Part shown: positions 16,844 to 25,303 of the stretch, in pieces
Position numbering within the stretch: position 1 is the first letter of the stretch
Layout of the letters: each line of letters begins with the position of its first letter
Source: Patescibacteria group bacterium
GTDB taxonomy: Bacteria; Patescibacteriota; Minisyncoccia; Phycocordibacterales; UBA9973
Reading direction: 5' to 3'
NCBI GenBank assembly: GCA_040388095.1
Contig: JAZKCM010000001.1
Span: forward strand, 74,620-123,819
Length of the DNA stretch: 49,200 nucleotides
Notes under the pieces: generated by a model
Told to the model about the DNA's origin: nothing
Databases searched by the model: none
The model's input: the letters and a program-made list of their open reading frames with translations, nothing else
Translations under genes and position numbers: made by a program

Positions 16844-17569
16844 ATGAATACTAAAAATAAAATCATATTTTTTGACACAGAGACTACTGGAAATACAGAA
16901 AAAGATCTCATCTGTCAGATCGCTTACAAAAGTGGAGATGAAGCTTTTAGCGAGCTCTACAAACCTGCAGTCAAGATTCCTCCAGAAGCATCAGCTGTAC
17001 ACCATATCAGTAACAAAATGATAGAAGATAAGAAATCTTTCAAAGAAAGCGAGAACTATACAAAATTAAAAGAACTTTTTGAAAACGAAAACAATGTCGC
17101 TGTCGCCCACAATGCGATCTTTGACCTGACGATGCTTGCGAAGGAAAATATCATACCTGCAAAGTTTATCTGTACACTCCGCGTCGCTCGACACTTGGAC
17201 AAAGAAGGAAAAATAGAAAAATACAATTTACAATATTTGCGATACTTACTCGAAATAGAAATAGAAGCGCAAGCACACGATGCACTCGGCGATGTTATGG
17301 TACTCGAACAACTTTTTGAAAGATTAAAAAATAAAATAATAGAAGAAGAAAAATATACTGAAGAACAAGCTATTGAAGAAATGATTGAAATATCATCACA
17401 CCCAAGCATCTTTAGAAAAATAAATTTCGGTAAATATGCAGGACAAAACATTGAAGACATTGCAAAAAATGATCGTGGATATTTGGAATGGCTATATAAT
17501 CAGAAAAAAACGAGCGAGAATATGGAAGAAGATTGGATTTATACATTAGAACATTTTTTAGGAAAATAA
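16844..17569 (+). CDS. DEDDh 3'-5' exonuclease (DnaQ-like) with a C-terminal DUF3820-like module
   Basis: Exo I FFDTETTG, Exo II AHNAIFDLTML, Exo III HDALGDVMV. C-terminal FGKYAGQNIEDIAKNDRGYLEWL. Confidence 0.8.
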   Translation: MNTKNKIIFFDTETTGNTEKDLICQIAYKSGDEAFSELYKPAVKIPPEASAVHHISNKMIEDKKSFKESENYTKLKELFENENNVAVAHNAIFDLTMLAKENIIPAKFICTLRVARHLDKEGKIEKYNLQYLRYLLEIEIEAQAHDALGDVMVLEQLFERLKNKIIEEEKYTEEQAIEEMIEISSHPSIFRKINFGKYAGQNIEDIAKNDRGYLEWLYNQKKTSENMEEDWIYTLEHFLGK

Positions 17570-17570
17570 T

Positions 17571-18650
17571 ATGCAAAACATTATTTGGATACTCATAGGA
17601 ATAGCTGGTGGAGGATTTATCGCCTATTTGATATTTGGGAAGAGGAAAGAAAATCAAAATGAAAACCCATCTTTCTTGCTATTGCAACAGCAGATGTCCG
17701 AACTCGCTCGACAGCTTGATTCGAAACTGACAGAATCACGCAGGGATATGCAGGATGCAGTGCGATCTCAATTCTCAGATTCACAAAGACTACTCAAAGA
17801 CATCAATGAGCAAATGAGCAAGAACCTCATCGATGTAGCTCGTGAACAGACAAAGACAAATGAAGCGACAACGAGATTCATCACCATTGCAGAAAAACTC
17901 GGTGATCTTGAAAAGACACTGAAACATCAGAAACAGCGTGGCAACTGGGGTGAAGCTTCACTTGAGCTCATCCTTTCAAATACTCTCGCTCCAGGCCAAT
18001 ACAAAATGCAATATGAATTTAAAAATAAAGAAGTAGTGGATGCCGTCATCGTAACCAAAGAAGGAATAATCCCTATCGATGCAAAATTCTCACTCGATAA
18101 TTACGACCGTGTCGTGCACGCGATCGACGATGCTCAGCGTGAAGTGCTCGAAAAAGAATTTAAGAATGATTTGAAAAAGCGCATCGATGAGACTGCAAAA
18201 TATGTCCGCCCAGAAGAAGGAACACTTCCCTTTGCTTTTATGTATATTCCTGCAGAAGCTATTTATTACGACCTACTTGTAAATGAAGTCGGATCGATAA
18301 AAGTAAATACCAGAAATTTGATTGATTACGCATACAACGAGAAAAAAGTAATCGTCATATCTCCAACGACTTTTATGGCATATCTCCAATCAGTGCTCTA
18401 CGGCTTTAAAGCTTTCAAAATAGAAGAATCAGCAAAAGAGATCATAAAGAAAGTCGAGGACTTGGGCAAGCATTTGAACGCTTACGGCGAATACCACACC
18501 AAGCTCGGCAATGCGATCAATACCGTCTCAAACCATTACAGTGCTTCAAATAAAGAACTTAAAAAAATAGATAAAGATGTGCTCCGCATCACAGGAACAT
18601 CTCCAGAACTCTCACTTTTGGAAGTTGAGAAACCTAATCTCGAAGCTTAA
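17571..18650 (+). CDS. rmuC: DNA recombination protein RmuC
   Basis: 359 aa. N-terminal TM, coiled coil, then RGNWGEASLE...DAKFSLDNY...FAFMYIPAEAIY motifs. Confidence 0.85.
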   Translation: MQNIIWILIGIAGGGFIAYLIFGKRKENQNENPSFLLLQQQMSELARQLDSKLTESRRDMQDAVRSQFSDSQRLLKDINEQMSKNLIDVAREQTKTNEATTRFITIAEKLGDLEKTLKHQKQRGNWGEASLELILSNTLAPGQYKMQYEFKNKEVVDAVIVTKEGIIPIDAKFSLDNYDRVVHAIDDAQREVLEKEFKNDLKKRIDETAKYVRPEEGTLPFAFMYIPAEAIYYDLLVNEVGSIKVNTRNLIDYAYNEKKVIVISPTTFMAYLQSVLYGFKAFKIEESAKEIIKKVEDLGKHLNAYGEYHTKLGNAINTVSNHYSASNKELKKIDKDVLRITGTSPELSLLEVEKPNLEA

Positions 18651-18657
18651 AAACTTT

Positions 18658-18686
18658 TGACAAAACCTTCTCCAACATATATAATC
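18658..18686 (+). promoter_or_regulatory. Perfect consensus sigma-70 promoter TTGACA-17 nt-TATAAT
   Basis: TTGACA at 18658..18663, 17-nt spacer, TATAAT at 18681..18686. Lies 46 nt upstream of the ATG at 18733. Confidence 0.6.
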
Positions 18687-18732
18687 TCCCCTAGAACTAT
18701 TCTTTAATATAAACAATTAAAAACTAAACTGT

Positions 18733-19242
18733 ATGGAACAGCGTAAAAAAGAGACTACTCTGAAAAAATTCAGAGGCAGTATCACAGTGGCAACTGCGGA
18801 ATGTATGCGAGTACTTTCAAAACAGCTCAAGGCGGAACTGATCGATCTGAGAAGAGGCGATGAAGGAATCAATGGAGATATGATTGCTGTCAAGCACAGG
18901 CTTTTGGAAACAGTTAACAATATTGTTAACTCCAACAAAACCATCTTACCTGAAGACCAAAACGAAGAAGTGAGTATTGGTAACAGAGTAAGAATAAAAC
19001 TCTTTGATGGTAAAAACACTGAAGAAGAAAAATTCCTGGACATGGTAAAATGCCCGGAATGCTCTGATTCATTGAGTACCAGCTCTTCGCTTGGATTTGT
19101 ACTTTTTGGTATGAAAAAAGGCGAAAAAGGAACATATCAGACAGCCGGTAAAAACATAAAATTCGAGATTCTTGAAATTTATGAATACTCCAAAGCAGTA
19201 AAGATGTCTGAAATGAGCCAGATTACCCAAGTTGCCGCGTAA
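18733..19242 (+). CDS. GreA/GreB-family paralog with a shortened N-terminal coiled coil (Rnk/Gfh-like)
   Basis: C-terminal half aligns by eye with the GreA encoded at 32320..32784: VSIGNRVRI...SSSLGFVLFGMKKGEKGTYQTAGKNIKFEILEI versus VEVGSTVIV...HSPFGVALFGKKKNDTVSFTTPNGIVNYKIIDV. The DLSENAEY finger tip is absent. Confidence 0.55.
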   Translation: MEQRKKETTLKKFRGSITVATAECMRVLSKQLKAELIDLRRGDEGINGDMIAVKHRLLETVNNIVNSNKTILPEDQNEEVSIGNRVRIKLFDGKNTEEEKFLDMVKCPECSDSLSTSSSLGFVLFGMKKGEKGTYQTAGKNIKFEILEIYEYSKAVKMSEMSQITQVAA

Positions 19243-19277
19243 TTGTTTATAGTTAAGAAAATTAATTTAGTAGTCGT

Positions 19278-19310
19278 AAAAGCGCCAACAATAAGGCGCT
19301 TTTATTTTTT
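19278..19310 (+). terminator. Intrinsic terminator
   Basis: 9-bp stem aaaagcgcc/ggcgctttt, 8-nt loop, T-rich tail. Confidence 0.7.
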
Positions 19311-19338
19311 ACTTTAAAATGATATGCTCTTTAAATAT

Positions 19339-19410
19339 GGCTCTATCGTCTAACGGTTAGGACGGATCCTTCTCAAGGATCAAATCAGGGTTCGATTCCC
19401 TGTAGAGTCA
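19339..19410 (+). tRNA. tRNA-Glu (anticodon CUC), CCA not encoded
   Basis: GGCTCTA-TC-GTCT-AACGGTTA-GGAC-G-GATCC-TTCTCAA-GGATC-AAAT-CAGGG-TTCGATT-CCCTG-TAGAGTC-A. Confidence 0.9.
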
Positions 19411-19411
19411 C

Positions 19412-19451
19412 AAAAATAAAAAGTCCGTATTACAATGAATACAGACTTTTT
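19412..19451. terminator. Bidirectional hairpin terminator between tRNA-Glu and the convergent 90-aa ORF
   Basis: 10-bp stem 19421-19431/19438-19448. The one mismatch becomes a G-U on the minus strand. Flanked by an A-run and a T-run. Confidence 0.45.
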
Positions 19452-19465
19452 AAAAACAGAATGGT

Positions 19466-19738
19466 TTAAGGTGAATAGGATGCATCCGTTATTGGTTGAA
19501 AATATTTTTTAACATATTCTTCAACCCTTTTATGCGTATCTCCCAAGCAAACAATATGAACCCGGCCTTTATTTTTAAGAGCTCTTGGATTCATATCTAT
19601 TACTTCAATACCCAAACTTTTTCTTTTTTCCCGATTTCTCAATGTTTTAACAAATTTTTCTACTAACTTAAAATCGGCTGTTAAGTTAAAAGATTTCAGA
19701 TCCCTTAGATCCGTTAAAAATGCTTTACTTATGTTCAT
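19466..19738 (-). CDS. Hypothetical protein, 90 aa
   Basis: ORF only, basic and AT-rich, no recognisable family. Confidence 0.4.
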   Translation of the reverse strand: MNISKAFLTDLRDLKSFNLTADFKLVEKFVKTLRNREKRKSLGIEVIDMNPRALKNKGRVHIVCLGDTHKRVEEYVKKYFQPITDASYSP

Positions 19739-19828
19739 GATTTCTAAGTTTTAAAGGTTCAAATATTACGTTTACTACTCAACTACACAGTAGCATATGT
19801 ATAAAATATGTAAATACACTGAGAACTT

Positions 19829-21094
19829 TTATTTTACAACGTTTATTGTGAGATTACTGATGCTTGACTGAGATTCATTATCAGTAATTTTTACAGTAAT
19901 AGAATGCTTACCAAAAGAATAATTTCTCATACTTACTGTGAAAGTACACGATGGTGAAGAAGTACAATTTTTTACTTCATTATTATCTATAGACATAGCT
20001 ATCTTACTGATTCCACTATCGTCACTACCTTTTATACCCACAACCAAATCTTTCTTCTTAGAAATAGAAGTATTATCTGCTGGTTTTAAAATAGTAATAA
20101 CTGGTGGTACTGAATAATCAATATTCACAACGACTGGAGGCGTAGTAGGAAAAGGTTCTGTAGTTACAGGTGTAATATCTTTCAATTCATAAGATTTAAA
20201 TGAAACATCCATAAAATCAGTACGGAGACCAGCATACCCAGCATTAATAAATGAATTTCCACCATAAGAAGTATTATTGTCAGTAGATGATAATACCTTT
20301 ATCCAAGTACCATCACCTGTTTTATCAATATAAATATTTATATCTACTCCCCCATTTGAATTATTTATAGTTTCAGTTTTAAAACCTACCCAAGTATTTG
20401 TAGGTAACAAATTTGGCATAGTATCGTGATTGTATGTGCCATCAAAAACTCTTGCACTAGCCATAGTAAAATAAGTGCCATTAATTTTCTTTTTTAATAC
20501 AGCATAACCGTCCACACGAATACCTGTGTAATATAAATTATTAGAATCAACATACCGAGACATCATAAAAATTCCATTTGATGCATTACGATTTGGACTA
20601 GTACTCAAATTTAATTTATTGATTTTGAAATACAAATCTTGAGTTGCGTCTTTCCAAACATTTTTAGTTACAAGACGAAAAATGTTTTGTGGATGAAGTC
20701 CAGCGTCTGTGTCGATAGAATTTGATGCTAGATACACTGAATACCAATTATCGGTAGTAGGTAAATCTCCTTGTATTGTATCTGCAATAGCATTATTGAC
20801 TGTGAGTCTACCTCCTGAGCTTACCCAGAAAATACCACTTGCGGATTCTGTCATACTGCCAGCTTCTTCAACATTAAAAGACGAAGAAAATGGTACAAAT
20901 GCACTCGCACTAGTATTTGATGGTTTTGTGTCGAAAATATTTACACTACGATATGCGATATTTTGAGATGGTTTTACCTTTGTTTTTAAAAGAATATTTT
21001 TAAAAGAGAAAAAACCTATTACAAACACAACTATTATAAAAGATATAAGTTTAATTTTATTCATATTTTCATTATACCATTTATTACCTTTCAC
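19829..21094 (-). CDS. Secreted or membrane-anchored protein with a concanavalin/LamG-like jelly-roll domain and a C-terminal Ig-like domain
   Basis: N-terminal anchor IKLISFIIVVFVIGFF, a beta-rich central region (GIFMMSRYVDSNNLYYTGIRVDGYAVLKK...AGLRTDFMDVSF), and a C-terminal Ig-like repeat. The start may be the ATG at 21064. Confidence 0.55.
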   Translation of the reverse strand: MKGNKWYNENMNKIKLISFIIVVFVIGFFSFKNILLKTKVKPSQNIAYRSVNIFDTKPSNTSASAFVPFSSSFNVEEAGSMTESASGIFWVSSGGRLTVNNAIADTIQGDLPTTDNWYSVYLASNSIDTDAGLHPQNIFRLVTKNVWKDATQDLYFKINKLNLSTSPNRNASNGIFMMSRYVDSNNLYYTGIRVDGYAVLKKKINGTYFTMASARVFDGTYNHDTMPNLLPTNTWVGFKTETINNSNGGVDINIYIDKTGDGTWIKVLSSTDNNTSYGGNSFINAGYAGLRTDFMDVSFKSYELKDITPVTTEPFPTTPPVVVNIDYSVPPVITILKPADNTSISKKKDLVVGIKGSDDSGISKIAMSIDNNEVKNCTSSPSCTFTVSMRNYSFGKHSITVKITDNESQSSISNLTINVVK

Positions 21095-23885
21095 GCAATT
21101 TTACCAATCCGTCGTGAAGTGTAACAATTTTAATATTATAATCTTCTACATTTTTAATAATCATTGAAAGCTGATCAGTGGTAATAGCTTCACTATTTGT
21201 AAATTCTGTATTTGGAAAAACATCATGAAATTCAAGAATAAGCCAACTTTTTTCATTTTTTATTGTTTCAAGCCAATTTTTTATTTCACTTTCAGTTGTT
21301 GTTTTTTCTACTAGCTGATCTTTGAGTGCATATAAATCTGTATTTTTATCATTAAGTCCTCTTTCGACTCCGCGTGCTCCTATGAAACGAGAAGCAGTAA
21401 TTATTTTTGATTGCTCTGTATAGTTTCCATAAGGATATACAAAAGTATCAACATTGAATCCTAAATCAGTTAAATCAAACCAAGAACCAATGATCTCTTT
21501 GGTCAAAAATTCTTTCAAGAAACCAGTACTAAGGTCAGTATGAGTCCTCGTATGTGCTGATATTTCAAAACCCAATTTTGATAAATCATATAGATCTTTT
21601 GGATTCATATAATTAGGAAAAGCTGTATGACTGGTAATCACAGCGACGGTTGCAGGTATTTTTGATTTATACAAAATTGGTAATGCATTTTCTTTGAAAG
21701 TTTTCTTTCCGTCATCAAAAACAAAAGTTACCATCGGTTGATCCAACTTTCCATCAAGCAAAGCATAAATACGAGGTGAAAAAATAGTTAATTCACCAGA
21801 AGATTCAATCGTATGATATACATTAAAACTATGCGCTGTTTCTGGAATTTTAAATGAAATTTGATATGTTCTTTCGTTCTCTGAAATAGGGAAACTTTTT
21901 AGATTTTTCCAAAAAACACTTCCATTTAATCTAGTAAATTTTACTTTTAAAACAGAAGGTGCGCTCGATATAAAACTAGATTCAATCATATATTCTTCTC
22001 CAGTTTTTGCAGGTAATGTCGGCCAAAAAATAATAGCTCCTGAATTTTTTGCAATATTTTTTATCGAAGTAGTAAAAACATTCATAGATGAAGAGAAAGT
22101 AGAATCTATATATCCATATTTTTGTTCAATAAAAAATTGTGGATCACCGTCAATCAAAGATTTCTCTGTTGCATATCTTGTAGGTAGATTGAAAGACTTC
22201 ATTAGGTCGTGTAAATAAAAATCATCTTTATCTTGAACAAGAGATCTCGTAATAAATTTATTTAAAAACAAAATATCATCCTTTGTTATTTTAGGTATTG
22301 AAAAAGAATATGATTTTATATGTAAAAATAAATTTTCTTTTTCATTAGTCCAAAATTCCATACCAATACCACCTACTTTTGGGGTTTCTGATAATTCCAT
22401 ACCTGCTACTAAATTTCCATTTTCATAACAACCAGCAAGATTGTCTTTTACTGCTACGCTTAAATTTATTTCAGTATTATTATCAAGATTATGGACTCTA
22501 GGAAATTTATTTTTTTCTTTATCTGAAACACTTGATAATTCTTCTATGGTTACATATTTTTCAGACCACAAACAACGCACACCGTATGTCCTTGAATCAG
22601 TAAGTCTTGCGTAAAGCATCACATCATCTTTCTGTGCATTATTTACTAAGATGTTAAATTGGTAATTTGTCCAACTTCTCGTACCATCAAGCATTATCAT
22701 ATTACTTGGTTTCTCCTTACTCAATCTCATCACCATATCATTTTTTTCAAAAACAGGATCTTTACCCCAAATAGTATGCCAACGAGTAGATAAATTGAAC
22801 ATTTTTTTTGAATTAAAAATTTCTTCTTTAAAAACCAAGTCTGTACTATTTTCCAAATCTTCTAACAATTTTTCATTGAGTGTATCCTTTTTTATTTCTA
22901 TACGCTTTAAAAGATATGGATTGTCATATGGGCTATTTGCAGCGAATCCATTGTTTGGACGGAGAATTTGCTTGAAAGCATAAGGATATTCTTTTAAGAT
23001 AATTTGCCTAATTATAGTAATAGCTGATTTTTCATTTATACTTTGATAACCATCATCACCGAATGGATAAGAAAAAAGTATATTTTCTTTATGAGTTATA
23101 TTTGAAATTTCTTTTTTTGATTCGATAAATTCATATTGTAATCTTTTTACATATTCATCTTTTGTTTCCAATCTATTTAAATCATAAAGCCACATACGAT
23201 TACTCAAGAAATTCCCTTGTTCTCCATTCCTATTGATATCAATAAAACCGCCAGTATTTTGCATAGCATGAGAACCTATTTCCCATCTATTGGATTTCAC
23301 CATATTTTTAACTTCTTGAATATTTAAATAGTATTTAGAATCAAAAGAAGATGATGTTAATGATTGACCCGGAGCGATAAACATCAAGGCTTTGAAATTA
23401 AGTTCTGAAAGAATAGGATCTGCACCATAAAAACTATCTTTACGTCCATCATCAAAAGTAAGAAGAAAAGATTTTTTTGGTAACTTTGTCTTTCCTTTCA
23501 TAAAAGAAACAAAAGTATCAACATCTACAGTATTAAAACCAGCATTTTTAAGCAATACCATTTGTTCTCTAAATGCGTCTTTGGAAATAGAATAATCACT
23601 ATTATCTTCACCTATACCGTGATAAAGGAGTACTGGTATAGTATTAGTATACTCAATTACATCATTAGAATTATTTAAAATTGAAGTCCCATTTTTATAA
23701 AAACGGAATTTTTCTTCTAAAATACCAGAGAAAGTAGTAAAGTGATATTTTATATCTATAAATTTTATTTTTGAATAATTAGAGCTAAAAATAAATACAA
23801 CACTCACAAAAAGTGCAATCATTCCGAAAAATAATATGAACCTAGAAATAAAGTGTTTTTTGTTTGTAGAAATTTTTTTTAACAT
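21084..23885 (-). CDS. Membrane-anchored polysaccharide deacetylase with two NodB-homology domains flanking a jelly-roll-like middle domain
   Basis: 933 aa. Domain 1: PVLLYHGI...FLLTFDDGRKDSFY...IGSHAM. Domain 2: MVTFVFDDGKKTF...ISAHTRTHTDL. N-terminal TM. Confidence 0.78.
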   Translation of the reverse strand: MLKKISTNKKHFISRFILFFGMIALFVSVVFIFSSNYSKIKFIDIKYHFTTFSGILEEKFRFYKNGTSILNNSNDVIEYTNTIPVLLYHGIGEDNSDYSISKDAFREQMVLLKNAGFNTVDVDTFVSFMKGKTKLPKKSFLLTFDDGRKDSFYGADPILSELNFKALMFIAPGQSLTSSSFDSKYYLNIQEVKNMVKSNRWEIGSHAMQNTGGFIDINRNGEQGNFLSNRMWLYDLNRLETKDEYVKRLQYEFIESKKEISNITHKENILFSYPFGDDGYQSINEKSAITIIRQIILKEYPYAFKQILRPNNGFAANSPYDNPYLLKRIEIKKDTLNEKLLEDLENSTDLVFKEEIFNSKKMFNLSTRWHTIWGKDPVFEKNDMVMRLSKEKPSNMIMLDGTRSWTNYQFNILVNNAQKDDVMLYARLTDSRTYGVRCLWSEKYVTIEELSSVSDKEKNKFPRVHNLDNNTEINLSVAVKDNLAGCYENGNLVAGMELSETPKVGGIGMEFWTNEKENLFLHIKSYSFSIPKITKDDILFLNKFITRSLVQDKDDFYLHDLMKSFNLPTRYATEKSLIDGDPQFFIEQKYGYIDSTFSSSMNVFTTSIKNIAKNSGAIIFWPTLPAKTGEEYMIESSFISSAPSVLKVKFTRLNGSVFWKNLKSFPISENERTYQISFKIPETAHSFNVYHTIESSGELTIFSPRIYALLDGKLDQPMVTFVFDDGKKTFKENALPILYKSKIPATVAVITSHTAFPNYMNPKDLYDLSKLGFEISAHTRTHTDLSTGFLKEFLTKEIIGSWFDLTDLGFNVDTFVYPYGNYTEQSKIITASRFIGARGVERGLNDKNTDLYALKDQLVEKTTTESEIKNWLETIKNEKSWLILEFHDVFPNTEFTNSEAITTDQLSMIIKNVEDYNIKIVTLHDGLVKLRER

Positions 23886-23889
23886 ATTT

Positions 23890-25212
23890 TTATCTTGTAC
23901 CCCAGCGTTGGTCTCTAAACCTAAAAAAAGAATAATATAAAATATAACTAAAAACAGTCAGCGTAAGTAATTGCCAAAGAAAAAAATATTGAATATATCT
24001 TTTTCTATTTTTTGCGTAACGCCAAGCATAAAGCATATATAATATCGTAATTATACAACCACCCAAAAGGTATTTGAATGGAAAGGTATAACTAAAAATA
24101 GATAGATAGTAAATATTGTAGAAAGCGATTATTGGGGTTAGGAAAGATATAAAAATAAGAGGTGTAAAATAAAATATACCTACTAATGGATCTGTTTTAA
24201 AAATGTATTTGAAAGTAAAGAAAGCATTTGAAACCCAAGATTTTTTCCAACGGACTTGCTGTTTCATTAATTGCTTCACAGTAGAAGGTGCAATAGTATA
24301 GGCTTGTACTTTATGCGAGTAAATAGTTTTATACCCTAACTTTAAAACCCACCCAGTAAGAGATCTGTCATCACCGTGTTTTACCTGAACACCCATAAAA
24401 CGTTCGTTGAGCCATGGTTCAAGTACAGGCAGGATTAAATCCTTACGATATGCAGATGAACAACCACTACAACAAAAAACTGAAGCAAAAACTGATTCTG
24501 CTGCTTTCAAAATCCTAAAAGCAATAAAATAATAACCCGCCTGCATTTTAGTTATTATATTTACATTTGCATTTGCAACATCTGCGTGGCCACAAACAGC
24601 ACCGACTTCTTTATGATAAAAAGGAAGTATCATATTTCTAAAAGTTTTTGGTTCTATATAACTATCACTATCAAGTTGCACGACGATTTCTCCCCGAGCA
24701 ATTCTAAACCCAGCAGCCATTCCCTCTCTTTTTCCTTTATTTATCTTCCAATCTATAACGATAAGCTCTGGGTATTTTTTCTTTGCTTTTTTTATTTCAA
24801 GTAAAGTACCATCAGTACTTCCATCATTGATAACTATAACTTCGAGTTTTTCTTTTGGATATTCTGCTTCGAAACATTTTTCTAATGTATGGAAAATTGC
24901 ATCTTCTTCGTTCATACAAGGTACAACGATAGTGACTATTGGCCAATAGTTAATAAGAGCATCTTTATTTGAATAACTCGTATGCCTTAGAACAGTCGGG
25001 AAAATAATTGCAGCAAAAAGCCTGAAAAGTTGAAAAACAGTAATAAGGACTGCGTAGAAAAATAAAACATTATATCCTACATGAATATGATCTGATTTAA
25101 AAACAAAAAGACCAACAACAAGAAATAAAGTAATAACGACAAGAAAAACATCAATCCAAAATTGTTTAGTTCTTTTTGCTATATGGAAAAAGTTATTTTT
25201 TATTTTTTTCAC
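23890..25212 (-). CDS. Processive family-2 glycosyltransferase, HasA/NodC/PgaC-like polysaccharide synthase (GTG start)
   Basis: 440 aa. VVPCMNEE...VINDGSTDGT, LDSDS, CSGCSSAYRK, HGDDRSLTG, QQVRWKKSW. TM helices at both ends. Confidence 0.85.
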   Translation of the reverse strand: MKKIKNNFFHIAKRTKQFWIDVFLVVITLFLVVGLFVFKSDHIHVGYNVLFFYAVLITVFQLFRLFAAIIFPTVLRHTSYSNKDALINYWPIVTIVVPCMNEEDAIFHTLEKCFEAEYPKEKLEVIVINDGSTDGTLLEIKKAKKKYPELIVIDWKINKGKREGMAAGFRIARGEIVVQLDSDSYIEPKTFRNMILPFYHKEVGAVCGHADVANANVNIITKMQAGYYFIAFRILKAAESVFASVFCCSGCSSAYRKDLILPVLEPWLNERFMGVQVKHGDDRSLTGWVLKLGYKTIYSHKVQAYTIAPSTVKQLMKQQVRWKKSWVSNAFFTFKYIFKTDPLVGIFYFTPLIFISFLTPIIAFYNIYYLSIFSYTFPFKYLLGGCIITILYMLYAWRYAKNRKRYIQYFFLWQLLTLTVFSYILYYSFFRFRDQRWGTR

Positions 25213-25265
25213 GATAAATAAATAACCCTATAAAATAAGGTTTAAACTATAATAATAAGACCTTG

Positions 25266-25294
25266 ATTTTACCACTATTTTAATAAAAAAGCAA
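25266..25294 (-). promoter_or_regulatory. Putative internal promoter for the GT2 operon (TTGCTT-17-TAAAAT)
   Basis: Hexamers read on the minus strand at 25289..25294 and 25266..25271. Confidence 0.3.
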
Positions 25295-25303
25295 GTATTA
25301 CAA

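Noticed and set aside
19466-19738. Metallophosphoesterase fragment or pseudogene, suggested by the motif HIVCLGDTH in the 90-aa ORF.
   Set aside because: This is a single short motif about 55 aa from the N-terminus. There are no downstream GNH[DE] or other phosphoesterase motifs, and no room for them before the tRNA. It was left as hypothetical.
19339-25303. tRNA-Glu-associated integrative genomic island or mobile element.
   Set aside because: No integrase, recombinase or transposase ORF is present. I found no direct repeat of the tRNA 3' end at the far boundary; the best candidate near 25225 matches only about 7 of 10 nt. It is kept as a compositional island, not called a mobile element.
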